Positions 1-10,119 of a DNA stretch of 57,086 nt are shown here, in pieces. This DNA comes from an uncultured Planctomycetales bacterium (GTDB taxonomy: Bacteria > Omnitrophota > Gorgyraeia > Gygaellales > Profunditerraquicolaceae), in contig CAZAPM010000008.1 of assembly GCA_964487475.1 (NCBI GenBank), positions 1 through 57,086 of the forward strand, read 5' to 3'. The translations under genes and the position numbers were made by a program. The notes beneath the pieces are model-generated. The model ran no database searches, was not told where the DNA came from, and saw nothing but the letters and a program-made list of their open reading frames with translations. Within the stretch, counting starts at the first letter, position 1; each line of letters begins with the position of its first letter.

Positions 1-2
1 AC

Positions 3-818
3 CTTGCGCATACCCTCGGCCCCATGCTGGAGAGAAGCTACGAGCGTCAGCCTACCTGCTACCTGAGGGCGCTGGAAGCGCATCTGTTGAGCGCCGCGTT
101 CACCCCGAACCAGGGCCATGTGCTGGACATCGGATGCGCGCAGGGTTTCTTTGAGACCCTGCTCGGCCAGCCCCTCGAAAAGATCACCGGGATCGATCTC
201 GCACGTCATCAGCTCGTAAAGCGCGGACGACGCTCCGTGCAGGCCTCGGCACAGGCGCTGCCTTTTGCCTCAGGGGCATTCACCACCGTCTTCTCCAACA
301 GCGTCCTTGAGCACGTCCGGGGGATCGAAGAGGCTCTGCGGGAAGCATACCGGGTGCTCTCCGATGAAGGGGCTTTGCTCATCACCGTACCCTTCAACAA
401 CCGTGCCTACCACAAATCCCGGGCATTCTCTTTTTTTGAAAAACGATATATGCGCATGCACGCGGTGACCGCGTATCTCGAGGACTCACAGTGGCAAACC
501 TTGTTCGGCAAAGCGGGATTCAAGATCGCCTCCGTCCGGTATTACCTGCCTTACCGCATGGCGTACCGCGTATTCTTTTGGAATTCCCTGCTTAATCTCG
601 GGGCAGGGAGGTTCCGGGTGTCGGTGGCCCTCAAAAAACTGTCCCTGCTCCTTTCCAGGTGCGGAATTGATTTTTTAAGACCCCTGATGGATTCTTTCGG
701 CAAGAGGCTGTTCGCGCCCTTGCTCGGCCCCTCGGGATCATCGGGATCATTCGGTGATTTTCATAACGTCTTGTACGTACTGCATAAAACATCCCGAAGG
801 GAGCAGCACCGTGAATAA
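3..818 (+). CDS. Class I SAM-dependent methyltransferase (probably 5'-truncated by the window edge)
   Basis: SAM motif VLDIGCAQG, DLA acidic residue, LPFASGAFTTVFSNSVLEHV. The frame is open from base 3 upstream of the ATG at 24. Confidence 0.85.
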   Translation, partial: LAHTLGPMLERSYERQPTCYLRALEAHLLSAAFTPNQGHVLDIGCAQGFFETLLGQPLEKITGIDLARHQLVKRGRRSVQASAQALPFASGAFTTVFSNSVLEHVRGIEEALREAYRVLSDEGALLITVPFNNRAYHKSRAFSFFEKRYMRMHAVTAYLEDSQWQTLFGKAGFKIASVRYYLPYRMAYRVFFWNSLLNLGAGRFRVSVALKKLSLLLSRCGIDFLRPLMDSFGKRLFAPLLGPSGSSGSFGDFHNVLYVLHKTSRREQHRE

Positions 819-2310
819 AAAAGGTTTTCTGCTGCGCGCGGTATACAGCTACGGAGGGGAGATCTCCGCCTACCTTTTCCTCGGCCTTACCGTCTTTGCC
901 TTAGCCAAGGGGTTGCAGGTCGAGGAGTTCGGCCGGATAAACCTTCTGGTCAGCATCGTCCTGCTGGCGTCAGTGAGTATTGACCTGGGACTGCCCTCGT
1001 TTGTGCTGCGTTATGTCGGGGAGCACATCGAAAACAATCAGCTGCACAAATCCGCTGACCTACTGTATGCCCTGGCGGTCATCGCCCTGTGTGCCGGAGC
1101 ACTGGTATGGGCCGTACTGACCTTCTTCGGGCAGACCATCACCTTCGGAACGCTGCCTCCGGGACCAGCCTACGCGGGTATCGTCGCGCTTTTCGCCGTG
1201 ACCAAATTCCTTTCCGGGATCATGGAGATGTACTTAAGCGCCCTCTACCGGGACGGGTGGAAGAACTCCCTTATCGCCGGCGCAGCGCTCCTGAAACTGC
1301 TGCTCATACTGCTGGCGCTGCATTGGCAGGCACCCCTGACCATGCTTTTCATCCTTTTCTGGTCCACGGAGATGCTTTCCCTCGCGGGGTTCACTGTCCT
1401 GCTGCGACGGTTCCTGCTTAAGCCCGCGGGAAAAGCCGACCTCGCACACGGCTTCGCCGTGATCCGGGAAAAAGCGCATTTCATCATCCGGGAGTACCTC
1501 TACAAGCTTTTAGGATTCCTCTGGGACCCTAAGTTCGACCTTTTCCTTACCACGGGGCTCCTGGGGCTCTACGCGACCGGAAGTTATTCCTTTGCCATGG
1601 GCATCCTGATCTTTGCCACGGCCTGGTCCCCGGATTCCGTGCTCCAGCCGATGCTGCGCGCCTTCATGGTGCGGCAATACGCTTCCCGCAAGAACATCGC
1701 GGGGCTGGCGGAGTTCTTCAGGCTATCCACGACCATCAAGCTTTTTTTCATGATCCCGCTCATAGGATTGCTTACCGTCCTGTGCGCACCCGCCTTGCGG
1801 GTGTTCTTCGCGGGGCAATATCCGGATGCGCTGCCGATATGCCTGATCTTCGCGCCTTTCCTTATCTTCAAGGTCCTGATCAGCCCGATCCGGGAAGTGC
1901 TCATCACCCTTGACCGCAACGACATCTGCCTGCGCAGCCACTGGGCGCTCGCCTATAAGTTCCTGGCGGTGATGCTCATCGTGCCCCGCGCCAAAATATA
2001 CGGCCTGGCCTTCGCCTGCAGCAGCTTTTTCCTGGTGGTCTTCATCCTCCAGTGGATCATGTCGCGCAAAGTGATCCGCCTGCATTTCGAATGGGCGAAA
2101 ATACGCCGGATAGGGGAGAACACCGCGCTATCCTGCCTTACCGCGCTGCTCCTTAGCCCCTGGGCTGCAACGGGAGTGATCCCCCTGATATGCACCGGCC
2201 TGGCATCCATTGCGCTCTACCTTGCCGCATCCTTCATCAATAAGCCTTTTGACGCGCACGTACGGAAGATGATCAACGAGGCCATCGGCAAGCCGATGTG
2301 GATATTCTGA
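811..2310 (+). CDS. Wzx/MATE-like oligosaccharide flippase
   Basis: About 12-14 hydrophobic segments, 'EEFGRINLL...DLGLP' and 'GLYATGSYS' flippase-like motifs. GTG start at 811 follows a GAAGGGAG RBS and overlaps the previous stop. Confidence 0.8.
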   Translation: MNKKGFLLRAVYSYGGEISAYLFLGLTVFALAKGLQVEEFGRINLLVSIVLLASVSIDLGLPSFVLRYVGEHIENNQLHKSADLLYALAVIALCAGALVWAVLTFFGQTITFGTLPPGPAYAGIVALFAVTKFLSGIMEMYLSALYRDGWKNSLIAGAALLKLLLILLALHWQAPLTMLFILFWSTEMLSLAGFTVLLRRFLLKPAGKADLAHGFAVIREKAHFIIREYLYKLLGFLWDPKFDLFLTTGLLGLYATGSYSFAMGILIFATAWSPDSVLQPMLRAFMVRQYASRKNIAGLAEFFRLSTTIKLFFMIPLIGLLTVLCAPALRVFFAGQYPDALPICLIFAPFLIFKVLISPIREVLITLDRNDICLRSHWALAYKFLAVMLIVPRAKIYGLAFACSSFFLVVFILQWIMSRKVIRLHFEWAKIRRIGENTALSCLTALLLSPWAATGVIPLICTGLASIALYLAASFINKPFDAHVRKMINEAIGKPMWIF

Positions 2311-2314
2311 CAAT

Positions 2315-3799
2315 ATGAACGCTGCCTTTCTCAAGACCCCGGATTCACTGCTGGTCCACCCCGCGATCGGGTTCACTTCGGTCGCCACCATGGTGGCGGC
2401 TGCCGGTCACCATACCGTATTCGTAGACCTTTCCTTAAGCGGATACCCCTTTGAGCGCCTGCACTATAACCAGGCGTACATGGCGGGGCTTGCCCTCAAC
2501 TGGGAGGCAGTGGAAAAGGATATCGCCGCAACAGACGCGCACGCCTATTTCATCACCGCATCCTTTACCCGCTACCTTCCCGAGACCTTCCGCACGGCGC
2601 GCCTGATCAGGAAACACCACCCCGGCGCCTTGATCGTCGCCGGAGGGGTGCACGCCAGCTACCTGCCGCTGCGCACCCTTGAGGAGTGCGCCGAGATCGA
2701 CGCGGTCGTGATCGGGGAAGGAGAGCATGCGGCAGTGGCGATACTGGAAACCGTGAAGCACAATAAACCTCTGGAAACCGTCCCCGGCCTTGCCTGCAGG
2801 ATCAACGGAAAAGCGACGCTTACCGGCGGGTGCGGATTCGAACCCCTCCTGGACGACCTGCCCTCACCTGATCGCCGGCTCTGGCCGGAAAGAGAGTACC
2901 GGACCGTCTGGAAGCACCTTTTCGAGGGCCGGGACCCGTTGGGACTGATCATGACCTCGCGCGGCTGTGTCGGCCGCTGCCTTTTCTGTGCCAGCGGAAA
3001 GAGACAGATCACCTTCAACAAACTTCGTTTCCGCAGCCCCGGATCGGTCCTGGAAGAGCTGCAGATGCTGATCACGGATTTCCATATCACCAGTGTTGAC
3101 GTGCTTGACGACTGCCTGACCCTCAATAAACCGCTGCTTCCGGAGTTATGCGAGTTCATCTCCCGACATCATCTGCCCTGGGTGTGCAAATCCCGCATAG
3201 ACAAACTGGACCTAGAGACCATCCGCCTGCTCAAAAAACACGGGTGCGAAAGGGTGTTCGTGGGAATGGAATCCGGTGACGATAACATCCTGCAGCAGAT
3301 GGGCAAGCATGTGGACATGGCCCTGATCAGGCGCGTCAGCAGAGACCTGATGCGGGAGGGCCTCGATTTCAGCGCCAGTTTCACGGTCGGCCATCCCGGG
3401 GAGACCGAAGCATCGATCCGTAAGACGACCGACTTTGCCTCATCGCTGGCGCGCAGGGGTAAACGGGTGGGGATATACCTCATCACCCCGTACCCCGGAA
3501 GCGCGCTTTACGATTCGGCGACGGAACACGGCTGGCTTCTGCCGTGCGAGTGGCATGAGTTCGACCAAAGTGCGAGCGGTAAACCCATCTATGCGCCGGA
3601 TGGCTGGACCCCGGAGCAACTGCAGGCCAGCTACCGCCGGGCCTGGAAAAAGGTATATCAGGCGCATGTGCAGAGTTTCCTGCTGCATCCGGGAACACTG
3701 CTCCTTAAGCTCAAGGGCAAGGGGGCGAAAGCCTTGATTAAGGTTTTTACCTGTGGTATTGTAAATGCAGCCCGACGGCTATGGAAAAGGAAAAAATGA
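2315..3799 (+). CDS. Cobalamin-binding radical SAM enzyme (class B type)
   Basis: N-terminal B12-binding-like domain (GGVHAS, GEGE), CxxxCxxC motif (SRGCVGRCLFC), GMESG, PYPGS. Confidence 0.9.
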   Translation: MNAAFLKTPDSLLVHPAIGFTSVATMVAAAGHHTVFVDLSLSGYPFERLHYNQAYMAGLALNWEAVEKDIAATDAHAYFITASFTRYLPETFRTARLIRKHHPGALIVAGGVHASYLPLRTLEECAEIDAVVIGEGEHAAVAILETVKHNKPLETVPGLACRINGKATLTGGCGFEPLLDDLPSPDRRLWPEREYRTVWKHLFEGRDPLGLIMTSRGCVGRCLFCASGKRQITFNKLRFRSPGSVLEELQMLITDFHITSVDVLDDCLTLNKPLLPELCEFISRHHLPWVCKSRIDKLDLETIRLLKKHGCERVFVGMESGDDNILQQMGKHVDMALIRRVSRDLMREGLDFSASFTVGHPGETEASIRKTTDFASSLARRGKRVGIYLITPYPGSALYDSATEHGWLLPCEWHEFDQSASGKPIYAPDGWTPEQLQASYRRAWKKVYQAHVQSFLLHPGTLLLKLKGKGAKALIKVFTCGIVNAARRLWKRKK

Positions 3800-5136
3800 A
3801 CCTGACGCGCCCTGACCGCCTGAAGACACGGTTTTCATTCCTGATCGCGCTGTACTGCGCGCTGCTTCCCCTGATGGAAGTGCCGCAAACCGCGCTGCTG
3901 GGAAAGAAGATCCAGTACAGCGATGCCGTATTCCTCGCCGCGGCGCTGCTTTTCGCGGGACTCCTGCTTGAAAAACTGGTCCGGCCGCTGAAAGACCGTA
4001 TCTTCCTGCCTCTAGGGATCTATTTCTGCGCAGCGGTTGCCTCCATCTGGCCTGATGTCTCCTCACGGGGGATCCTGGAGACCGCGGGAATTGCGTATCT
4101 GACAGCCCTTTTCACCATGATCTATTTCTCCCTGGCACAGGATGATTCCGGAAGGATACAGCGCTTTCTCTCGACCGGCTGGGGGATAGGTTTCGGCCTG
4201 GTGTGCGCAGGCATACTTGCGGGTTTTACGGACGGATATCTCCTGCATAAGGAGCGATCCCTTTTTCTGATCAGTTACGGGGCGGATGACCGGTATAAAC
4301 TCATGCACCGGATGGTCCCGCGTATCGTCTCCACCTTGCGCAGCCCCGACATGATGACCAGCTACCTGATCGCCACTGCCGCGTTCGTACCCGGATGGTG
4401 GCAGGCGTGCCGGACCCGAGCACATAAATCCCTGCTCCTGGCAGGATGCGCCATAGCCGTTGCGGGTGCCGTGCTTTCCACCTCCCGCGGTATCATCGGC
4501 CTTTTGGCTGCAATAAGCATCCTTACACTTGCCTGGAAAAGCACACCCTGGCTCAAAACAATACGCGTATCTACGGCCGCAACCGCGCTGCTGCTATCCC
4601 TGCCCATGGCTGCGGTCACGATATGCGAGCCTTCGCGCATCGAGATCACACGTACCCCGCAGGGCAGGGATACGCATATGCTGGCAGTGGATTTCCATAT
4701 CGCCAACAAGGTCAACTACTGGAACTATGCCTGGCGCATGAGCCTGGACCATCCGCTGCGGGGAGTGGGAGCGGGGAATTTCAACCGCTCCCTCGGGGAA
4801 TATTTTTCGCGGGATCCGGGAAGGGACGAACGCTTCAGAGCGTTTTCCAACTACGATCCGCATCAGACATACCTGGGAGTGCTGGCGGAAACCGGGATAT
4901 TCGGGCTGGCCGGATTCTGCGCCTTTCTCGGGCTGGTCTTTTGGAGGACCATACGGGCGATCCGCAAGGGGAGAGACAGAGCTCCCCTGATCGGGATCGC
5001 GGCAGCTTTCGCCGGTCTCGGGATACTTTCGCTGACCATGGACGCGCAGAACCTGCGGCACCTCTGGATACTGGCGGCGATAGCATCCGCATACCACTAC
5101 CGTCACACCCGCACGTTACCTCAGGAGGACAGATGA
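3796..5136 (+). CDS. O-antigen ligase / Wzy polymerase family membrane protein
   Basis: Multi-TM protein with STSRG, GVGAGNF and PHQTYLGVLAETGIFG (Wzy_C-like). ATGA overlap with the upstream stop. Confidence 0.8.
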   Translation: MNLTRPDRLKTRFSFLIALYCALLPLMEVPQTALLGKKIQYSDAVFLAAALLFAGLLLEKLVRPLKDRIFLPLGIYFCAAVASIWPDVSSRGILETAGIAYLTALFTMIYFSLAQDDSGRIQRFLSTGWGIGFGLVCAGILAGFTDGYLLHKERSLFLISYGADDRYKLMHRMVPRIVSTLRSPDMMTSYLIATAAFVPGWWQACRTRAHKSLLLAGCAIAVAGAVLSTSRGIIGLLAAISILTLAWKSTPWLKTIRVSTAATALLLSLPMAAVTICEPSRIEITRTPQGRDTHMLAVDFHIANKVNYWNYAWRMSLDHPLRGVGAGNFNRSLGEYFSRDPGRDERFRAFSNYDPHQTYLGVLAETGIFGLAGFCAFLGLVFWRTIRAIRKGRDRAPLIGIAAAFAGLGILSLTMDAQNLRHLWILAAIASAYHYRHTRTLPQEDR

Positions 5137-6005
5137 AGATCCAGGGCCTTTCCGTGGTGATACCCGCCTATAACGAAGCCGGGGGGATCTCCCGGGTGAT
5201 ACACGCGCTTGCCAAGACCCTGCCGGAGATAGCCTCTGCCTTCGAGATCCTGGTGGTCGACGACGGCTCGCAGGACAACACCCGCGGGATCGCGGCGGCA
5301 GCAGGAGTGGTCACGCTGGCCCATACCCATTCCATGGGCTACGGCGCGGCCCTTAAGACCGGGATCAGGCACGCGCAGCATCCCTGGATCATGATCATCG
5401 ACGCTGATGGTTCATACCCGCCCGAATCGGCAAAACTCCTGGCGCAGCAGATCGACGAATCGACCGACATGGTGGTGGGCGCGCGTATCGGCAAAGGCGC
5501 CTACACCACGCCGGTAAGGATGCCGGCGAAATGGGTCTTGAAGAAACTCGCCCAGTACCTGACGGGCGAGACCATCCCGGACTTAAACTCCGGCATGCGG
5601 ATATTCCGCAAGGAGCTGGCCCTCAGGTTCATGCACATACTGCCGGCCAAGTTCTCCTTCACCACCACCATCACCCTGGCGGCCCTAAGCAACGATTACA
5701 TCGTCAAATACTGCCCGATCGAATACCGCAAACGGGTGGGGACCTCGAAGATCAAACCGGTGCAGGATACCGCATACTTCCTCACCCTGATCGTGCGCAC
5801 GATACTTTACTTCAATCCCCTTAAAATATTCGTTCCCTTGTCACTGCTGCTCTTCGCCGCGGCCGGCATCACCTTTTTCTGGAGCAAGCTCATTTTCGGA
5901 AAAGTGGCGGACTTGACCGTCCTGCTGCTTTGCCTGGGGGGGATACAGATAATCGTCACGGGATTGCTGGCCGACCTCATCGACAAACGAATCTCCCGGG
6001 GATAG
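5133..6005 (+). CDS. GT2 glycosyltransferase (DPM1-like, two C-terminal TM helices)
   Basis: SVVIPAYNE, VVDDGSQD, IIDADGSY, DLNSGMR. GGAGG RBS and ATGA overlap at 5133. Confidence 0.9.
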   Translation: MKIQGLSVVIPAYNEAGGISRVIHALAKTLPEIASAFEILVVDDGSQDNTRGIAAAAGVVTLAHTHSMGYGAALKTGIRHAQHPWIMIIDADGSYPPESAKLLAQQIDESTDMVVGARIGKGAYTTPVRMPAKWVLKKLAQYLTGETIPDLNSGMRIFRKELALRFMHILPAKFSFTTTITLAALSNDYIVKYCPIEYRKRVGTSKIKPVQDTAYFLTLIVRTILYFNPLKIFVPLSLLLFAAAGITFFWSKLIFGKVADLTVLLLCLGGIQIIVTGLLADLIDKRISRG

Positions 6006-6007
6006 CC

Positions 6008-6772
6008 ATGCCCGAGACGCCTGCGAAGGTCAACCCGTACCATTACTTCCTGGCCACGCGGCTGCGCAGCCGGCTCATCCTGAAGCATTACTCCTCCCGG
6101 GACCGGGGGGTGATGATCGACGCCGGATGCGGCGCAGGATACATCACCTCGCTGTTGGGAGAGTCCGGATTCATCGTCGGGGTAGACCGGGATAAAGCCT
6201 CCCTGACACAGGCGGCGCACAAAGGCCGCTTCGCCTGCGCGGATCTTAGCCGGCTTCCCTTTAAAAACGGTTCCTGCGATTCCCTGCTCTCCAGCGAGGT
6301 CCTGGAGCATCTCACCGACGAAATGCCGGCCCTGCGCGAATTCCGGCGGGTGCTTAAGCAGGGCGGTGAGGCTTTCATTACCGTGCCCTGCACCGAAGGA
6401 GCGCTTTCCCGCTCACCATTGCGCCGCGCCGGCCACGACCTTCCCGGCCTGGAATTCCACCACCGCAGCGGCTATTCCTTAAAAGAGCTCACCGCGCTGC
6501 TGGAACGCGCGGGATTGAAGGTGCTGGGGCACCGCTATTGCACCGGTATTTTCTCGGAGCTCATGGTGGAATGGTCGAAAGCGGCGTATTTGAAAGGCCA
6601 TAAGGGATTCCGCAGCCAATCCGAGGGGATGCGGCTGGCGCGCTCACCCTTATGGACTCTGTACGTTACGCTGATCTTTCCTTTGATCTATGCCTTCGGG
6701 ATACTCGAAGACGAAGTATTCAACCGCCTGTTCAAAGGCCACATCCTCATGGTGCGAGCACAAGCGATATGA
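6008..6772 (+). CDS. Class I SAM-dependent methyltransferase
   Basis: IDAGCGAG, GVD, LPFKNGSCDSLLSSEVLEHL, RVLKQGG. Confidence 0.88.
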   Translation: MPETPAKVNPYHYFLATRLRSRLILKHYSSRDRGVMIDAGCGAGYITSLLGESGFIVGVDRDKASLTQAAHKGRFACADLSRLPFKNGSCDSLLSSEVLEHLTDEMPALREFRRVLKQGGEAFITVPCTEGALSRSPLRRAGHDLPGLEFHHRSGYSLKELTALLERAGLKVLGHRYCTGIFSELMVEWSKAAYLKGHKGFRSQSEGMRLARSPLWTLYVTLIFPLIYAFGILEDEVFNRLFKGHILMVRAQAI

Positions 6773-7935
6773 AAATAGGCATCCTGGTCAAGAATTTCCA
6801 GCCGCCCTGGAATGAAGGGGTGAAGAACAACATCCGCGTGATCTGCCAGGGCCTCAAGGCCATGGGACACGAGGTGTTCTTCTTAAGCGTCTCCGATCAA
6901 GACGGGGAGCGCCTCCTGGAAGAAGGCCGGTCCTACCTGATCAAATCCCCCATGTACCGGACTCCTCTGCGCTACCTTTGGTATCCGTTAGGGTTCCTGC
7001 GGCTGTTCCTGAAAGGCAAAGGCATCATCCGGAGAGAGCGGCCGGAGGTGTTCCTGGTCAGCTTCGGGTCGAATGCGCTCCTGGCTGCCGGCCTGCGCGC
7101 TTTATCCGGAGTGCCCTTCAAGATCGTGCAATTCCTCTATAATGACTGGTACTCCCGGCAAAAGGTGCCGGCGAAAGTATTCCTGATGGAGCATCTTACC
7201 CAGTGCCTCTTCAATAACCGGCTGCTCACAAAAGCCAGCGTAAGGCACTGCGACACCGTCATCGCCACTGCCGGATACCTGGCAGAGCGCATACGCGCGC
7301 TGGCTTCCGCAAAAACCCGGGTCGAGTTCATTCCCAACGGGGTCGACACCCAGCACTACGCGCCCGGCCCGCGGAGCAGATATAAAGAGAAGCTGGTGAT
7401 CGGTTTCATCGGCCACTTGACCCACTCCAAAGGGTTCGGCGTCCTGAAAGCCGCGCTGGAATCCCTGGAGCCGGGTCTGGACATACGGCTGGTCGCGGCG
7501 ATCTCGCATACGGGCGCGGAGAGCCGGGCCATGGAAGGAGTACGTTCGCTCCCCATCCCGGTCGAGATACTGGGGACGGTCGAGCAATCCGATTTCTACC
7601 GGAGCGTCGACGTAGTCATCTATCCCCTGCGGTATCCCTTCGGGACGATCGCCTACCCCAACATCGTGCTGGAGACCATGGCCAGCGGAAGAGTGATCGT
7701 GGTGACCGACCTGCCCGGAACAAGGGAGATCGTCGAATCCGGGAAGAACGGGATCCTCCTGAAAAGCCCCGAGAGCGCACAGGTGCGGCAGGCGCTGCTG
7801 GACCTTTATCGTGACGAACCCCTGCGCAGGCGCATCGGAGCGCAGGCCAGAGAAACCGCGTTACAGCGCTACCAGTGGCCCGCGCTCATCGAAAAGATCG
7901 AATCGTCGCTGCATCCAGAGAAGGGAGAAGGATGA
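6769..7935 (+). CDS. GT4 glycosyltransferase (GT-B)
   Basis: IPNGVD, GHLTHSKG, PNIVLETMASG. ATGA overlap. Confidence 0.88.
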   Translation: MKIGILVKNFQPPWNEGVKNNIRVICQGLKAMGHEVFFLSVSDQDGERLLEEGRSYLIKSPMYRTPLRYLWYPLGFLRLFLKGKGIIRRERPEVFLVSFGSNALLAAGLRALSGVPFKIVQFLYNDWYSRQKVPAKVFLMEHLTQCLFNNRLLTKASVRHCDTVIATAGYLAERIRALASAKTRVEFIPNGVDTQHYAPGPRSRYKEKLVIGFIGHLTHSKGFGVLKAALESLEPGLDIRLVAAISHTGAESRAMEGVRSLPIPVEILGTVEQSDFYRSVDVVIYPLRYPFGTIAYPNIVLETMASGRVIVVTDLPGTREIVESGKNGILLKSPESAQVRQALLDLYRDEPLRRRIGAQARETALQRYQWPALIEKIESSLHPEKGEG

Positions 7936-8678
7936 AAGAACGTTCCCTTCCCGAACATTACCGCAAAGATGCACACGCCCAAGGGTATATCCGGCGCAGG
8001 TTCTCCTCTGCGGGAGGATTGGCGCTGCAGGAGATCGAGCTAAAGGCCTTTTCCGAGTTACTGGGAAAAGGCCCCTATTCCAGGATACTGGAACTGGCCT
8101 GCGGCACGGGAAGACTTACCCGCCTGCTCAACGAACGGTTCCCGCACTCCCTTATCGGCGTTGACGCTTCCCTCGCCATGATCAGGGAGATCGGCAGTGG
8201 GGTGCGCGTGCCCATCGCCTGCGCAGATATCTTTGACCTGCCCTTCAAACCCGGATCGTTCGATGCCTGCATCAGCCTGCGCCTCTTCCATCATTTCACC
8301 CCGGCTAAAATAGCATTAGCCCTGGCCGCAGTGCGCCGGGTATTATCCCCCGGAGGAGTGCTCATTTTCAACACCACAAAAGCCTGCAGCCTGGCGGCTG
8401 CCGGGGCGTGGACCAATATGCTGCGGGATAAATTCGCCTACCAGCATTTCATCTCCGACAAAGCGGTGCGCCGCATACTGCTCGGGGAAGGATTCTCCGT
8501 TGCGGAGAAAAAGGATGTGCTCTTCATGCCCTCCTTTGCCTTCCGTTTGGCTAAAACCCCGCCTCTGGCTTCCGCCGTTCGCGCGCTGGATCGCGCCGGA
8601 CAGGCCTTCGCACCCGGCGCCTGCAGCATGACGGTGTGGAAAGCAGTCTGTACCCCGCAGCAGGGAAGCGCACGATGA
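7932..8678 (+). CDS. Class I SAM-dependent methyltransferase
   Basis: ILELACGTGR, GVDAS, LPFKPGSFD, LFHHF, RVLSPGG. ATGA overlap. Confidence 0.88.
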   Translation: MKERSLPEHYRKDAHAQGYIRRRFSSAGGLALQEIELKAFSELLGKGPYSRILELACGTGRLTRLLNERFPHSLIGVDASLAMIREIGSGVRVPIACADIFDLPFKPGSFDACISLRLFHHFTPAKIALALAAVRRVLSPGGVLIFNTTKACSLAAAGAWTNMLRDKFAYQHFISDKAVRRILLGEGFSVAEKKDVLFMPSFAFRLAKTPPLASAVRALDRAGQAFAPGACSMTVWKAVCTPQQGSAR

Positions 8679-10117
8679 AGATACTCTTTGTCACCAACGT
8701 CATGAGCCAGTTCATGGATTTCGCCCCCCTGGGGATCATGTACCTTTCGGCGGTGGCGAAAAAAGCCGGCCACGAGACACTGGTCACGGACGCGGAGTAC
8801 TCAAAGATACTGCGGGCCTGCCGGGAGGAAAAGCCGGAGGTGGTGGCGTACTCCGTCACCACCGGCTACCACGGGTATTTTTTAGCCCTCAACCAAAAAC
8901 TGAAAAAAGCCCTGCCCGGAGGTTTTTTTGCCGTCTTCGGCGGCCCGCATGCCACCTACTTCCCCGAGATGGTGAAGGAGGAAGGAGTGGATGCCGTTTT
9001 CCGCGGAGAGGGAGAAGAGGCTTTTGCGGAGTTCCTGCAGGCGTTCCCGCACCGGGAAAAACTCTATCGACTGCGCAACTGCTGGGTCAAAGATATGGCG
9101 GATCCTGCGCGCATCCATGAGAACCCCCTGCGCCCGCTGATCGACGACCTGGACCTCATACCTTTCCCCGACCGCGCCCTGATCAGCCGCTACCTGCGCA
9201 AACCCCTGGGTTTCCACACCTTCATGTCAAGCCGGGGATGCCCTTACCAGTGCACCTACTGTTTTAACGCCGCTTACCGCGCCCTTTATCAGGGACTGGG
9301 AAAAACCCTGCGCAAAAGATCGGTCGGCAACCTGATCGAAGAGATATCCCGGGTCAAATCGGAATTCCCCCTGCAACACGTTTCCTTCCAGGATGACGAG
9401 TTTTGCGGATCGCTGGAGTGGCTTAAGGAATTCAGCGCGGAGTACCGCCGGGTTATCGGGGTGCCGTTCTCCTGTAATTTCCGGCCCAACCTGGTCACCG
9501 GAGAAAAGGTCGCCCTGCTTAAGGAAGCCGGGTTGTCCTCCGCCAGTATGGCCTTCGAAGCCGGAGATCCCCGGGTCAGGAACGAGATCCTCAAAAGGAA
9601 CCTTTCTCAGGAAACCATGCTCCACGCGGCGCACACCATCACCTCCGCAGGCGTATTCCTGACCATCCAGAATATCCTGGGAATCCCCGGAGGAAGCCTG
9701 GAGGCGGACTTGAAGACCCTGGACCTCAACATCGCCGCCAGGCCGGGGTATGCCTGGGTATCCATATGCGCGCCTTATCCCGGGACCGAACTGGGCACCT
9801 ACGCCCGGGACCGGGGATATTTTGACGGTACGCTCGATTCCCTGACCCCCACCTACCATTTCCGTTCCTCCCTTACTATCAAGCACAAAAGGGAGGTGGA
9901 GAACCTGCATAAACTATTCGCCATTGTCGTAGAATACCCCTGGCTTAAGCCGCTGGCGCGGCAACTGATCAGGCTTCCCCTTACGGGAGTGTATAATTTA
10001 GCCCGAAAATTCTTCAAAGGCTGGATCTATTACCGCAAGAACAGGTTTAAAATGCGCTTCAGTCTCGCGGAAAAGCTGAAATACGGCCTTAAGTTCCTTA
10101 CAGAGACCGGCGGATAA
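8675..10117 (+). CDS. Cobalamin-binding radical SAM enzyme (class B type)
   Basis: PLGIMYLSA, GGPHATYFPE, GEGE, SRGCPYQCTYCFN, PYPGT. ATGA overlap. Confidence 0.92.
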   Translation: MKILFVTNVMSQFMDFAPLGIMYLSAVAKKAGHETLVTDAEYSKILRACREEKPEVVAYSVTTGYHGYFLALNQKLKKALPGGFFAVFGGPHATYFPEMVKEEGVDAVFRGEGEEAFAEFLQAFPHREKLYRLRNCWVKDMADPARIHENPLRPLIDDLDLIPFPDRALISRYLRKPLGFHTFMSSRGCPYQCTYCFNAAYRALYQGLGKTLRKRSVGNLIEEISRVKSEFPLQHVSFQDDEFCGSLEWLKEFSAEYRRVIGVPFSCNFRPNLVTGEKVALLKEAGLSSASMAFEAGDPRVRNEILKRNLSQETMLHAAHTITSAGVFLTIQNILGIPGGSLEADLKTLDLNIAARPGYAWVSICAPYPGTELGTYARDRGYFDGTLDSLTPTYHFRSSLTIKHKREVENLHKLFAIVVEYPWLKPLARQLIRLPLTGVYNLARKFFKGWIYYRKNRFKMRFSLAEKLKYGLKFLTETGG

Positions 10118-10119
10118 CC

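Noticed and set aside
732-749. TCGGGATCA duplicated in the first methyltransferase
   Set aside because: A 9-nt in-frame duplication in a C-terminal linker, with no array or regulatory context.
4446-5132. N-terminal extension of the GT2 ORF in the track (also 5930, 6652, 7875, 8636, 11202, 13003, 18110, 26260, 53847, 55028)
   Set aside because: The extensions overlap upstream genes. True starts are marked by ATGA/GTGA coupling or an RBS and by where family similarity begins.
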